This document shows, one piece after another, positions 52,333 to 63,863 of a stretch of 64,000 nucleotides of DNA. This DNA is from a plasmid: sequence record NZ_CP040186.1; one strand, given 5' to 3'. How positions within the stretch are numbered: position 1 is the first letter of the stretch; every line of letters starts with the position of its first letter. A program made the position numbers and the translations under genes. The notes under the pieces are model-generated. The model was not told where the DNA came from. It worked only from the letters and a program-made list of their open reading frames with translations, and made no database searches.

Positions 52333-52611
52333 CGCTTCCTGCGCTTATGTTGCACGGAAGGAGTGAGCACAGAAGGTCTTGAACTTTTCTGAGCATGAAT
52401 CTATACTCCCTGCATAGAGCAACAGCTTCTATGCAGTTTTGAAAGGCCCCGTTAATCTTTTCGCTCCGCCAAGAATGAAGAAGATTATCGGGGTTTTTGC
52501 TTTTCTGGTTCCAGGTAAATTCCCCATCCGAACCAGTTCCCTGCCACCTTGCGGCGTGGCCAGCCAGAAATCTCTAAACGATCAGTAATCTAGCACTCAA
52601 AGCCGGATGGA
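52333..52611 (-). ncRNA. copA: IncFII copy-control region: repA leader with the putative antisense RNA copA/incRNA locus
   Basis: Assigned by position between repA2 and repA1 in an FII-type replicon. The RNA itself could not be verified by eye. Confidence 0.3.
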
Positions 52612-52881
52612 TCAAGAATGTGACGTCGTTACATCAATTCCAAGCTTCGCGGACTCCATTTCAATAAGCCTTTCAATCATTTCTGCCTGAGTAATTCCTT
52701 CACTCTCACACATGATTTGAAGCTGATTTTTAAGTGAATCGCGCACAAACACCCTCACCTCTTTGTGCGTCGTTTTTTTACGCGCAACAGCCTTCTGCTG
52801 CCGTTCTGCAGCAGAAAGTGGTTTCCCTTTTCTGTAGGGGCGTTTAGATGAGGAAGTAACTGCGTTTATGGCCTGTGACAT
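52612..52881 (-). CDS. copB: RepA2/CopB transcriptional repressor of repA1
   Basis: About 89 aa beginning MSQAINAVTSS..., basic and helical, located directly upstream of repA1. Confidence 0.7.
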   Translation of the reverse strand: MSQAINAVTSSSKRPYRKGKPLSAAERQQKAVARKKTTHKEVRVFVRDSLKNQLQIMCESEGITQAEMIERLIEMESAKLGIDVTTSHS

Positions 52882-53021
52882 CTCTGCCTCCTCAAGCATT
52901 TAACTAAATACCTGAACAAAGATACTACAGCTGGCCTGATGCGGCGAGTGGCTATGTTATTTTTTGTTATATAACCTAATCTCCGTTGGCGCGAAGTTCA
53001 GGTTAAAAAACGTAACGATTT

Positions 53022-53588
53022 TCAGTACGTACTCTGCCAGTCCGTTCCCTGTGCCCAGCGGGATGCCCAGTGGTTCAGGTAACTGTGGGCGACAACCGGG
53101 TCATCCCACACGACCAGCACATTCTCTGAATTCGAACGGTCCGCAGCCCGACTGAAATTGAAAGAGCCGACCTCGGTATTGCGTTTGTCTGCGACGATCA
53201 CTTTGTCATGAAGGATCGTATATACGTCGACGGTGCGGACAGGGATACCCGCGCTGACCAGCACGTTCATGGCGGCCACACTGGCTTTCCCGGTATTCGC
53301 CTTCTGGTCCAGTACTACCCTGATATCCACTCCACGCCGTTTTGCCGCAATAAGCGAGCGAGTCACCTCCGGCGACGTGAAGGAGTATCCCATCAGGCGG
53401 ATTTCCTGCTGCGCTGAATCGATGGTCTTCAGGACCAGCTGCAGGGCCGTTCCTTCCGGGGAAAAGCCGGTCTCGATGGACGCGGCGTTGACTGCCGGCA
53501 CTGGCGTGTAAAGCGCCAGACTGAGCAGTCCGGGCAACCACCACCGGCTGGCTGGGGTTTGACGGGTCGTTCTTTTTTCTATACTCAT
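53022..53588 (-). CDS. Secreted phospholipase-D-family endonuclease (Nuc-like)
   Basis: Signal peptide plus the HxK(x)4D motif ILHDKVIVAD, matching the PLD nuclease fold. Confidence 0.8.
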   Translation of the reverse strand: MSIEKRTTRQTPASRWWLPGLLSLALYTPVPAVNAASIETGFSPEGTALQLVLKTIDSAQQEIRLMGYSFTSPEVTRSLIAAKRRGVDIRVVLDQKANTGKASVAAMNVLVSAGIPVRTVDVYTILHDKVIVADKRNTEVGSFNFSRAADRSNSENVLVVWDDPVVAHSYLNHWASRWAQGTDWQSTY

Positions 53589-53594
53589 ACGATT

Positions 53595-53786
53595 TCACTC
53601 CTGATGACATTCAGTGATGTCGTGTCGGTGCTTCAGAAAATCCCTCACACACCTGACCAGTTTCTCTGAATCCCGCTCCCGCAACAGCGGAATGCCGGCC
53701 TGGCGAAGTACCTCTTCCAGCAGAATATCCCGGCGTACCCGATGTTTTTTCAGGTGCGAGGCATCATCCAGTTCGACAGCGGCCAC
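53595..53786 (-). pseudogene. C-terminal fragment of a DUF2726-like protein
   Basis: ...VELDDASHLKKHRVRRDILLEEVLRQAGIPLLR resembles the DUF2726 C-terminus. No N-terminal partner is present. Confidence 0.35.
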
Positions 53787-54096
53787 AATGGCAAAGGTCG
53801 TGATAGGGGTCAGCTTGGATATCGAAAATTATTGTACTATAAGGACTTCCCCGGCATGTCAAAGCCGGTATTTATGGTTTCTGTCTGCTCTTCAGTAAAA
53901 ATAAAGGGGAGAGACTGCGGTACTATAAACGGCCATGATGAATCGTCATCGATTCGGGCCCTGATGAAAGACGCGCGTGAGGTTCTAGTTCGTTAAGCGG
54001 ATACGTATATCCTGTACAATAGCCAGATAGGCCTCACGGGGTCTAACCCTTTATCATCAACGAATTGCAGGTCAGATGGTTATACAGCTTCGAGCT

Positions 54097-55085
54097 TTAG
54101 TTGACTGAGTACAGCCGGAAATCATCACCGTAATGTAGTGATGCCCAACACAGCCGCGCATTTTTGGCGGCGATGGCCACAACAGCCCGCCAGTACCCTC
54201 TGCGCTCAACCAACATACAAACCCAACGGCTGAATGAGTCAGTCCTTTTCCCGGCGCCAATAAGCACTGAACGAGCCCCCTGAACCAGAAGCGTTCGCAG
54301 ATACGAATCACCGGCTTTTGTGATCCTGCCGAGTTTCGACTTTCCCCCGCTGCTGTATTGTGATGGCGTCAGCCCCAGCCAGGCTGCCAGTTGACGTCCA
54401 TTTTTAAAATCATGTGCATTACCGATACTGGCGACCAGTGCACAGGCCGTTGTGGGACCAACGCCCTTTAGCTCCATCAGCCGCTGACTGCGATGATCTG
54501 TTTTGGCTATGTGGGACAAAATTCGGTCATATTCAGTGATGTTAGCTTCAATGCGATCAACGTGTTCCATCAAATCATCAACACATTGCTGAACCTGAAG
54601 CGGTAAAGAGCTCTTCTGCACAGAAACCATGTGGCGCAGGGCATCAGCACTTTGTGGCGCGATGACACCGAATTCAGATATCAATCCTCGCAGACGATTA
54701 TACGTTGCTGTTTTCTCTTCGATAAAACCCTGACGGGTACGATGTAAACACTGCATGGCCTGCTGGCTTTCGTCTTTCACTGGTACGAACCGCATATGCG
54801 GACGACGAACAGCTTCACAGATAGCCTGAGCATCAGCTGCATCATTTTTTCCTGATTTTCCGGCCATACGATAAGGCGATACAAACTTAGCAGCCATCAG
54901 ACGTGGCTCATGACCATACTGCCGAAACAATCTTGCCCAGTAGTGAGCCCCGGAGCATGCTTCCATCCCGATAACACAGGGAGGCAAACTTGCAATTAAC
55001 TCAGGAAGTGCAGCACGCGATACTTTAGGCTTAACCAGAACTATGAGACGACAATAACTCAGTCCGCCTGGTGCTGATTATTCTG
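54097..55085 (-). pseudogene. IS110-family transposase, N-terminal about 20 to 30 aa missing where the IS21-family element begins
   Basis: DEDD-type N-domain (VIGMEACSGAHYWAR) and C-terminal HhH domain (LMELKGVGPTTACALVASIGN). Upstream coding continues to about 55085 without a start codon. Confidence 0.6.
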
Positions 55086-55134
55086 GCCGGTTTTGTAATC
55101 TGAATGTCATGTACATGCTCCAACAGGAAATGGC

Positions 55135-56634
55135 GTGACGCTCAATACTTCTCAGGTCAGTTACTACATGACTCAACGTAAAAAAGGGGCAACCCAGCAT
55201 ATCTCGGCCATGAAGGCCGGTATCTCTGTCCGATCTGGTCGCCGGATCGAGAAAGATCAGTGGTCGAAAGCCGGTGAACGCCACTGGCGAACGCGTAAAG
55301 ATCCACTTGAAGCTGTGTGGGACAGCGAGCTTGTCCCTTTACTGAAAGAAAGGCCTGCTCTGATGCCAACCACGTTGCTGGAAATGCTACAGGATAAATA
55401 TCCTGGTCAGTACCCCAACAACCTCCGCAGGACAATGCAGCGGCGGGTCCGTGAATGGAAGTTGCAATATGGTGCGGAGCAGGAGGTCATGTTCCGCCAG
55501 CGGCATCAACCCGGGTTGCGTGGTCTGTCTGACTTTACTGAGCTGAAAGGCGTAGTTGTCACCATCGCCGGTAAGTTGTTGGCGCATAAGCTGTATCACT
55601 TCCGCCTTGAGTGGAGCCACTGGAGCTGGATGCGGGTTGTGCTGGGTGGGGAGAGCTTCTCTGCCCTGGCTGAAGGGTTGCAGGAGGCGCTCGGTCAGTT
55701 AGGCGGCGTGCCGTCAGAGCACAAAACTGACAGCCTGCGGGCCGCGTGGAAACACCGGGGTGAAGACGGTCAACGGGAACTGACAGAGCGTTATGCCGAG
55801 CTCTGCCGGCACTACGGTATGCAGGGCGTGCACAATAATGCCGGACGGGGCCATGAAAACAGTTCGGTGGAGAGCGCTCACGGGCATCTGAAACGGCGGA
55901 TCCGCCGTGCGCTGATACTACGCGGTAGCAACGACTTCAGTACGCTTGAAGAATACCGTGCCTTCATCACTCAGCAGGTCATGCGGCATAACCGCAATAA
56001 TCAGGATCTGGTTAAAGAAGAGCAGCCTCATCTGAAGCCGCTGCCGCTTCGTCGCAGCGCCGACTATGACGAACTGACGGTGAGGGTCAGTAGCAGCAGT
56101 ACCATCAACGTCAGGCACGTCATCTACAGCGTCCCTTCCCGGCTGGTTGGCCAGCTTCTGCGGGTCCGGTTATGGGATGACCGTCTGAGTTGTTACGTTG
56201 GCAGTAACGAAGTCATGAACTGTCCCCGGGTCAGACCCGAAAAAGGCAAGACGCGGGCACGGCGAATCGACTTCCGGCATGTGATCGACAGCCTGGCAAA
56301 AAAGCCCGGGGCGTTCTGCCATGCGACACTGAGAAACGACATCCTGCCGGATGATGAATGGCGAAAACTATGGCGCCGTCTGTGCAACCACCTGGAGCCC
56401 GAAATGGCTGGCAGACTGATGGTACACGCACTGAAACTGGCTGCGGGGTATGACGATATCTCGGTCGTGGCACGCGGGATGGAGCAGATGCTGAATACCC
56501 CAGGCGAACTGGATCTGAACCGGTTGATGCGGTTCCTGGGAATAAAGGAAAAAGAGCTACCGCCCGTCAGTGTCGTTCAGCATAACCTGAGCAGTTATGA
56601 GCAGTTGCTGCGTGGAAAAGGAGGTCTGCAGTGA
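55135..56634 (+). CDS. istA: IS21-family transposase IstA
   Basis: 499 aa with an N-terminal HTH and a DDE integrase core. Confidence 0.85.
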   Translation: MTLNTSQVSYYMTQRKKGATQHISAMKAGISVRSGRRIEKDQWSKAGERHWRTRKDPLEAVWDSELVPLLKERPALMPTTLLEMLQDKYPGQYPNNLRRTMQRRVREWKLQYGAEQEVMFRQRHQPGLRGLSDFTELKGVVVTIAGKLLAHKLYHFRLEWSHWSWMRVVLGGESFSALAEGLQEALGQLGGVPSEHKTDSLRAAWKHRGEDGQRELTERYAELCRHYGMQGVHNNAGRGHENSSVESAHGHLKRRIRRALILRGSNDFSTLEEYRAFITQQVMRHNRNNQDLVKEEQPHLKPLPLRRSADYDELTVRVSSSSTINVRHVIYSVPSRLVGQLLRVRLWDDRLSCYVGSNEVMNCPRVRPEKGKTRARRIDFRHVIDSLAKKPGAFCHATLRNDILPDDEWRKLWRRLCNHLEPEMAGRLMVHALKLAAGYDDISVVARGMEQMLNTPGELDLNRLMRFLGIKEKELPPVSVVQHNLSSYEQLLRGKGGLQ

Positions 56635-57386
56635 GCAATATCCATCACCTGGAACGCAGCCTGCGAAAACTGCGCCTGACACGCGTTGGCGCGGAATGGC
56701 ATGCGCTGGAAAAACGTGCGCTGGCAGAGGGGTGGACCCCGTCACGCTATCTGCTGACGCTGTGTAATGAAGAACTGCTGTGGCGTGAAAGCGAAAAGCT
56801 GCGCCGCTATAAAAAGGAAGCCCGGTTGCCGGTCGCGAAAACCCTGGGTGAATATGACTTCGCCCAGGTGCCGGAGCTGAATGCAGCTCAGTTCCGGCAG
56901 CTCTGCGAAACGACAGACTGGGTTGATGCAGGTGAAAACGTCCTGCTGTTCGGCGCCAGCGGGCTGGGGAAAAGCCATCTGGCGGCAGCGATCGTGGATG
57001 GCGTTGTAGGTCAGGGCTACCGGGCCCGGTTCTACAGCGCGGGAGAGCTGTTGCAGGAACTGCGTAAAGCCAGAGCTCAGCTGAAACTGAATGAGCTGTT
57101 ACTGAAACTGGATCGCTATCGGGTGATAGTGGTGGATGACCTCGGTTATGTCAAACGCGACAACGCGGAAACCGGTGTGCTGTTCGAGTTAATCGCTCAT
57201 CGCTATGAACGAGGGAGTCTGGTGATCACCAGTAACCATCCGTTCAGCACATGGGGCAGCATCTTCGTGGATGAGACGATGGCAGTAGCGGCGGCCGACA
57301 GGCTGATCCACCACGGATATATGTTCGAACTGAAGGGAGAAAGCTACAGGAAAAAGACGGCAAAGGCAGTAACCAGCGCGACTTAA
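56631..57386 (+). CDS. istB: IS21-family ATP-binding helper IstB
   Basis: Walker A LLFGASGLGKSHLAAAI and Walker B VIVVDDLGY. Confidence 0.85.
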   Translation: MSNIHHLERSLRKLRLTRVGAEWHALEKRALAEGWTPSRYLLTLCNEELLWRESEKLRRYKKEARLPVAKTLGEYDFAQVPELNAAQFRQLCETTDWVDAGENVLLFGASGLGKSHLAAAIVDGVVGQGYRARFYSAGELLQELRKARAQLKLNELLLKLDRYRVIVVDDLGYVKRDNAETGVLFELIAHRYERGSLVITSNHPFSTWGSIFVDETMAVAAADRLIHHGYMFELKGESYRKKTAKAVTSAT

Positions 57387-57434
57387 CGTCGCACTAAAGG
57401 ATGCGGCCAGAATAGTTGGCGCCAGTCGGCAAAA

Positions 57435-58070
57435 CTAGTTGACGTCTAATACCAGGGATTTCAGCGCAATACGGTAAGCATCCTGGACATTACGATAGGC
57501 GGTAACGTCGGGCCTCCACGAAGCCAGGGTACGGATCAACTGCATCCTCGTGAGGTGACGTATCTGGTCACGTAGCTCATCCGGGGCAGAAACGATATTC
57601 ATCTGGATCATTTGGAGTGCAATACGTCGCGCAGCAACAGCCGTTTTGCGGCAGACTTTCAGGACACGCAACGCTTCAATCATTCCGCTACGAGTTTTTG
57701 GTGTGACGGTTCGTATGCGTGAAAAAGCTGCGTGAGCAGCACATTCTGCATCAATGGTATCGCTTTTACCTCGCTTACGGCGTTCCATTTTATCTGGTGC
57801 TGTGACCTCCAGAACTTCCACTCCGGTACTCTGGAGATAACGCAATAAACCTGCACCGTAGGAACCTGTGCATTCAATTCCGATGCGCTTAACAGTTCCG
57901 AAAGATGCCATCCAGACCAGCATCTGACGGTATCCCTGACGTGTTGTCGCGAAAAACTCACTACCCAAGACCCGATTATTTTGATCAACCACAGCAGCAA
58001 CATGTAAATCTTTATGCGTATCAACGCCACCAACGACAGGTGATAAATGAACTAGTTTTGCCTTTGCCAT
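57435..58070 (-). pseudogene. N-terminal 211-aa fragment of a different IS110-family transposase
   Basis: N-terminus GGVDTHKDLHVAAVVD and IGIECTGSYG match the DEDD N-domain. The C-terminal HhH domain is absent. Confidence 0.5.
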
Positions 58071-58352
58071 GGGTTATTCCTGTACCTGCAATTATTCGTC
58101 ATTTCCCCCTGACGATAACCCGGACAGGACAGTAAAGAGACAAGCCGTCAGGCCCTTCTTGAGTCACGCGTATCGGTGAGGAGAAGCCTCGCATGGAGTA
58201 CTTCCTGATAACCGACGGGTCCAGGGAAAGACATATTACTGGTCGTTCAGAGTGTGAGTCAGGAAACCGGGAAGCCTTCACTGCATCAGTGATCCACCGG
58301 TCAGGCAAAACAGCAAGCATGATGATGAAAACTGACGCTGATATTCTTACTA

Positions 58353-59265
58353 TCCGAATGAACCAGCACCTGATTTTCGGGATTACGCCGCCATACAGCC
58401 ATCAGCAGTGCGTTCAGGACAATGTCCTTTGTCATCCGGGATTGCATGGACCAGCCGATAATTTTGCGTGAGAACAGATCAACAACAACGGCAAGATACA
58501 GCCAGCCTTCGTGGGTCCTGATGTAGGTTATGTCCGTTACCCAACGCTCATCAGGAGCATCCGGATTGAACTGTCGCTGGAGCCTGTTGGGTGACACGAT
58601 ACTGGCCTCGCCTTTACGTGCCCGCGGGCTTCGGTATCCGACCTGAGCCTTTATTCCGACACGTTTCATCAGTCTCCAGACTCTGTTTACTCCGCACTGT
58701 TGCCCGCTGTCACGCAGATCCAGATGGATTTTGCGATAACCATAGACGCATCCCGATTCCAGCCAGAACTGTTTAATCTGTCCTGTCAGTCTCAGGTCTG
58801 CCTGATGGCGTTGTGAATGCGGCTGCTGAAGCCAGGCGTAAAAACCACTGGGATGAACATCCAGCACCCGACAGAGCAGGCGAACAGGCCAGCAACAGGA
58901 GTTGTCACGGATAAAGGCGTACCTCAGTCGGACAGCTTTGCGAAGTACGCCGCGGCTTTTTTTAATATGTCCCGTTCGTCGGTAACCCGTTTCAGCTCTT
59001 TCTGGAGACGGCGGATCTCGGCCTGAGCATCTGACTGTTCTTTATTAGTGGAAGAATCCGGACCGTACTTCTTTATCCAGGCATAAAGGCTGTGGGTGGT
59101 GATATCGAGACGTGTTGCAACGCTGGCAACAGAATAACCGCGATCAACAACCTGTTTGACTGCTTCAGTTTTAAACTCTTCGGGATAACGCTTACCGCTC
59201 ATGGGCACCTCTCTTTAAGCCATCTTAAATGACTCTGAGGTGTCTGTTAAACCCGTGGCGATTCA
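58353..59265 (-). mobile_element. IS3-group element copy 2, truncated within orfB
   Basis: Right terminus ...CCCGTGGCGATTCA at 59265. Intact orfA at 58924..59208 (MSGKRYPEEFKTEAVKQVV...). orfB at 58301..58867 loses homology after ...QVLVHSD. Confidence 0.55.
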
Positions 59266-59944
59266 ATTCTTGATGCAGTTGCCATCTACTATTTCAAACT
59301 GAATGCCCCTGTCACCATCGTAGTGACTACGTTTCTGGTATTATTCGGTTTATCGTTTGCATACGTAGATACCACAAAGCGATCAGAACGGCACTTTGCC
59401 GAGCGGCGTAAAGCACAGGCGCAGGGCGCGACATTTTCGATGATGTGGGATGCCCTTGATTCGGATGCTAAACAGCTTTTTTACCAAAAAATTGATGTGG
59501 AAAGTGCATCCAGCGAGTTTAAGTCCAGATACCAGCAATTGCAGAACGAAATCAGTTACTGGGACAAGGAGATAGAGCGTCTACGTTAATCAGATTAACA
59601 GTGACTGGGTGGGCCGCAAGGCACTACCCCCATTTTTTCCTTAATGTCGATAATGTCACACTCCATGCAGAGCAGAAAAAATCCCGTCTAATAATTCAAC
59701 GGCTCGTTTATCAACTCTTTGCCAAGGACTCCGAGTCGCTACATTACGTCCGAGAAATAAAGCTCTTGGTCATTAACGCATGTGCAGGCATAAACTCTGG
59801 GTTATATCGACTGGCGGAGTTGCTCGCCAATGGTTGCAGTCAGGAATTAGCAATGACTGCTTGTGGCACACAGCGGAGAAGCAAATGAGATGGTTGTCCG
59901 CAGACTCCTGGAGTCGATTAAAAAATCAGAATACAGAAAACCAT

Positions 59945-60427
59945 TCAGACTTTTATCGGGAATAACAATGTCAGCGTGTTGACTATGGAAGGCTCAAAGC
60001 CAAAACGGGTGTAAAAACATTTAACTTCTTCATTCAGCGCATGCACGGCCAGTGCTCTCACCCCGACCTGAAAGGCAATGTTTTGCGTACGGTATATAGC
60101 ATCCTTAAGAAGTGCGGCACCAAGCCCATTCCCGGACCAGGCCTGGTCGATGGCAAGCCGTCCCAGGACAATGACCGGAATGACTTCAGGCGCGTTGCGT
60201 CTATAGGCCCCAGGCACTGTGTTACGGTGGACGCTACCCGAAGATAAACAATAATAACCGATGACCCGGTTCGAGTTTTCTGCGCAGACGACATAGACAC
60301 GGGAAATGCCGGTACTGTGGTTTCTGAGAGCCTTCTTCTTTAACCACTCATTAAGGGCAGGCTCCTGGCAGCAGAACTCAGCGATGTTATGTTCAGCCGT
60401 CAGGGATTCAGGCGCTCTCATTCCCAT
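59945..60427 (-). CDS. GNAT-family acetyltransferase toxin (TacT/KacT-like)
   Basis: 160-aa GNAT fold, immediately downstream of, and overlapping, a DUF1778 antitoxin gene. Confidence 0.7.
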   Translation of the reverse strand: MGMRAPESLTAEHNIAEFCCQEPALNEWLKKKALRNHSTGISRVYVVCAENSNRVIGYYCLSSGSVHRNTVPGAYRRNAPEVIPVIVLGRLAIDQAWSGNGLGAALLKDAIYRTQNIAFQVGVRALAVHALNEEVKCFYTRFGFEPSIVNTLTLLFPIKV

Positions 60428-60696
60428 GGTGATTTGCGGTTCATCAGGTTATCGATTCTCGCCTGGCGCTCCGGCGTTATTGGGGCGTCAAGCTCTTCAA
60501 TAAACGCCTCAAACTGATTGTCATTGAGGAGGAACAGTCGTTGATCAAGTAGAATGTCCTGTGCTTCCCTGCAGGCAACCTCAAGCATAAAATCAGTCCG
60601 TGATTTTGAGACCAGGCTTGCGGCCATGTCGATCAGGTCACGCTGTGATGTTTTGGCCCGGATATTGATCGGAGCTTCACGAACGTCTGGTTTCAT
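60418..60696 (-). CDS. DUF1778-family antitoxin (TacA/KacA-like)
   Basis: 92 aa with an RHH-like fold, overlapping the toxin start in the classic TA arrangement. Confidence 0.7.
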   Translation of the reverse strand: MKPDVREAPINIRAKTSQRDLIDMAASLVSKSRTDFMLEVACREAQDILLDQRLFLLNDNQFEAFIEELDAPITPERQARIDNLMNRKSPWE

Positions 60697-61110
60697 AGAT
60701 ACCTCATGTTTAGCAGATTTATATACGATTATAGCCTTTGTATATAGAAACGCTATACAAATCTGTCATGCTTTCGTCGGTTAGAAACACAAGCCGCGTT
60801 GTATCATCATGCATCATTCAGGACTGATAAAGTTATATCCAACTGATAATGTCATCGAGCTGCTGGTTGTCAGTTGGCCGCAGTTTTAAAAACAGCTGCA
60901 GCGACGTAGTCCTGCATTTTCTCGGTTGAAGAGCCGACACCATCAACTGATCCCATTCCCTGCCTGCCATAATCTGTCAGCACTCTTCTGCCGCTGCCGG
61001 TAAAAACTGCTTTGCTTCGATACTCATAAACTTTCTCCATGATTCAGTCACACGTCAGGCCCATATGTAAAGTGGGGTCAGACGCTTGAGAACAAGCCGG
61101 TTATTCGCAT

Positions 61111-61479
61111 TCAGAGAGAGGGGATCTCTGAGTATTTATCCATAGTTCGTTTTTTATCGATACGTATCTGTCGCCACGCCTGAAAGTCCGGGCGTGTTTC
61201 CGCCATCCTGACGACTTCAACAGAGAAAACCTTATATTTGCCCTGCTGCAGGGGTACGCCAAGCCAGCGGCGTATGGCGGCATCTGTCCACAAACGGGAG
61301 TTATTAAGTCTGTAGACGGTGATCCATTTTTCTGACCATGCATCAAATTTCTGGCATCGCAGCTGATACCGTCGCTCTTCTTCCCGTCTTTTCCAGTCGC
61401 TGTCTACAGCAAACTTTCGGTGACCAACAAAAATCCCCTGGACTTTGCCCATGCCCGCTATCCACTGGAATGTCGTCAT
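61111..61479 (-). CDS. Hypothetical protein
   Basis: 122-aa ORF. It is followed on the same strand by an unlisted 56-aa ORF at 60870..61040 (MEKVYEYRSKAVFTGSGRR...). Confidence 0.35.
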   Translation of the reverse strand: MTTFQWIAGMGKVQGIFVGHRKFAVDSDWKRREEERRYQLRCQKFDAWSEKWITVYRLNNSRLWTDAAIRRWLGVPLQQGKYKVFSVEVVRMAETRPDFQAWRQIRIDKKRTMDKYSEIPSL

Positions 61480-61770
61480 TTCCCACGGTATCAGGGGTCC
61501 GCTTGGAAAACGGAATCTATGGTCACTCCCGTTTTTGCAACACCGATTTTGACGACAAGTTGGCTTGCTTGAATCTATCCGGCGTCTGAATGGGATTTTA
61601 TTCCCGCGCCTTGATGAGTTCCGCGCCTGATGAACCTCCAGAAAATATACGGCTTCAATGAGCCTTTCCGTTTTACAGGTTCCTCAACAGGCCGGTGGGC
61701 CGTTAGTATCATCAATATCAGTATTCGCAAAACCAGATCAGTAATTCTTTAAACCGGTGTATTTCTGCCG

Positions 61771-62776
61771 TTATGCTACATAAGTTTGCTGTCGTGCCGT
61801 TAGGGCCCAGGCTATTCTGGCCAGCTTGTTTGCCAGAGCACAAGTGACGACAAAGTTGCTTTTCCGGCACAGTAAATCCCTGACCCAATCGGCCAATTTG
61901 CCAGACTGGTGTTCCAGTTTTTGTATGAATACCCTGGCACATTGAACCAACAAAGTTCGGATCTTTTTATTACCTCGCTTACTAATTCCCAGCAATGTCG
62001 TCCTACCTCCCGTGCTGTACTGCCGAGGTACAAGCCCTGTTGCCGCCGCAAAGTCACGGCTGCTGGCGTACTGCTTCCCCGTCGCCAATCTCAGTTGAAA
62101 TAGTACTCGCTGTCAGTGTTCCGACGCAGGGAATGCTCAGCAAGCGCTGTCCAACCTCATCTTCGTCCAACTTTCGTTTCAACTGGGATTCCAAATCTTT
62201 AATCTGCTCAACAAGATAGTGATAATGCTGTTGTAATTTCAGCAATAACTGGCTGAGGTAAAGAGGCAAACTATTATCCTCAAGAATGGTACTCAGTCGG
62301 CTAATAACGGCAGCTCCTCGGGGAACGCTAATGCCAAATTCCAGCAGAAAAGCATGCATTTGATTGGTTGTTTTTACCTTATCCTGAACCAGGGATTCAC
62401 GGACACGATGCAGAGCCCGCATTGCCTGCTGAGATTCCGTTCTGGGCTGCACAAAACGCATAGACGGACGCGATGCAGCTTCACAAATAGCTTCGGCGTC
62501 GACAAAGTCGTTTTTATTGCTTTTAACGAACGGGCGGACAAATTGTGGTGATATCAGCTTTGGGGAATGCCCCAACTCTTCCAACTTGCGTGCCATAAAG
62601 TGAGAACCGCCACAGGCTTCCATTGCGATGGTTGTAGCGGGGCATGTCGCCAAAAATTCGATCAACTTTGGCCGGGTAAATTTTTTACGGTAAACAGCCT
62701 TCCCGCGACGATCCTGGCAATGAATATGGAAAGAGTTTTTACCCAGATCGATACCAATGAGCGCAATGTTTTCCAT
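61771..62776 (-). pseudogene. IS110-family (IS4321/IS5075-like) transposase split into two ORFs (62054..62776 and 61771..62088)
   Basis: N-terminus MENIALIGIDLGKNSFH, DEDD domain and C-terminal HhH domain. The frame changes in the 62054-62088 overlap. Confidence 0.65.
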
Positions 62777-63083
62777 GATAGTTCTCCGAATGAAAGCCTG
62801 TCCTCAGCATAGTACCGGGAAGGAGGGAGTGACCATCTCATTAAAAATCCCACGCTAAGGTGATTTATTGTTCATTGTATGGTGCTGCCTTACTTATCAG
62901 TACCCTATCGTTAAACTTTTTCTTTTCACAACAAAGATGAAATTTTGCCCGTATTGCCCCGACTCTGTTGTTCCTGTTATCTACCAATGAAGAATTAACA
63001 CTAAACGAATTCGATATAACATATATGTTTTTGACTTCCTGGTTTAGAAGCGCGACACTATTCATTCAACGCAGGAGGTCACG

Positions 63084-63437
63084 ATGTCATCAATTTCACC
63101 CCTACAACTCTTTAAAAGCCTGTCCGATGAAACCCGTCTGGGTATCGTCCTTCTCCTCAAAGAGATGGGTGAACTATGCGTATGCGATCTCTGCACGGCG
63201 CTGGAACAGTCGCAGCCTAAGATCTCCCGTCATCTGGCGATGCTACGTGAAAGCGGATTGTTGCTGGATCGCAAGAATGGGAAATGGGTTCACTACCGCT
63301 TATCTCCGCATATTCCTTCATGGGCTGCTCAGGTTATTGAGCAGGCCTGGTTAAGCCAACAGGACGACGTACAGGCTATCGCCCATAAGCTGGCATCAGC
63401 TAACTGCTCTGGTAGCGGCAAGGCTGTCTGCATCTAA
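63084..63437 (+). CDS. arsR: Arsenical resistance operon repressor ArsR
   Basis: 117-aa ArsR/SmtB wHTH with the metal-site ELCVCDLC motif. Confidence 0.9.
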   Translation: MSSISPLQLFKSLSDETRLGIVLLLKEMGELCVCDLCTALEQSQPKISRHLAMLRESGLLLDRKNGKWVHYRLSPHIPSWAAQVIEQAWLSQQDDVQAIAHKLASANCSGSGKAVCI

Positions 63438-63478
63438 AAAATTTGCCTGAACATATATGATTTTTCAAATGTGAGGTG

Positions 63479-63847
63479 TTCATGATGAAAACGTTAACGG
63501 TGTTTGACCCGGCTATGTGTTGCAGTACCGGCGTCTGCGGTACAGATATTGATCAGGTTCTGGTTGATTTTTCTGCGGATGTACAGTGGCTAAAACAGCG
63601 TGAAATTCAGGTTGATCGTTATAACCTGGCACAGCAACCCATGAGCTTTGTACAGAACGAAAAAGCCAAAGCATTCCTTGAGGCATCCGGGGCTGAAGGG
63701 CTTCCATTGTTGTTGCTGGATGGAGAAATGGTGATGGCGGGGCGTTATCCGAAACGCTCAGAGCTGGCCCGCTGGTTCGGAATACCGCTGGAGAAAGTAG
63801 GATTAGCATCTAAAAGCTGCTGCGGTGGTAATACTTCTTGTTGCTGA
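63479..63847 (+). CDS. arsD: Arsenical metallochaperone and secondary regulator ArsD
   Basis: N-terminus [19 protein letters not shown] with vicinal Cys pairs and a C-terminal CCGG...CC. Confidence 0.9.
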   Translation, partial: FMMKTLTVFDPAMCCSTGVCGTDIDQVLVDFSADVQWLKQREIQVDRYNLAQQPMSFVQNEKAKAFLEASGAEGLPLLLLDGEMVMAGRYPKRSELARWFGIPLEKVGLASKSCCGGNTSCC

Positions 63848-63863
63848 AATGTCAGGAGGACAT

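Larger units (their letters stand above)
55094..57430 (+). mobile_element. IS21-family insertion sequence (istA and istB); ends approximate
   Basis: Left terminus TGTAATCTGAATGTCATGTAC. istA and istB overlap with ATGA. It lies between two IS110-family fragments. Confidence 0.6.
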
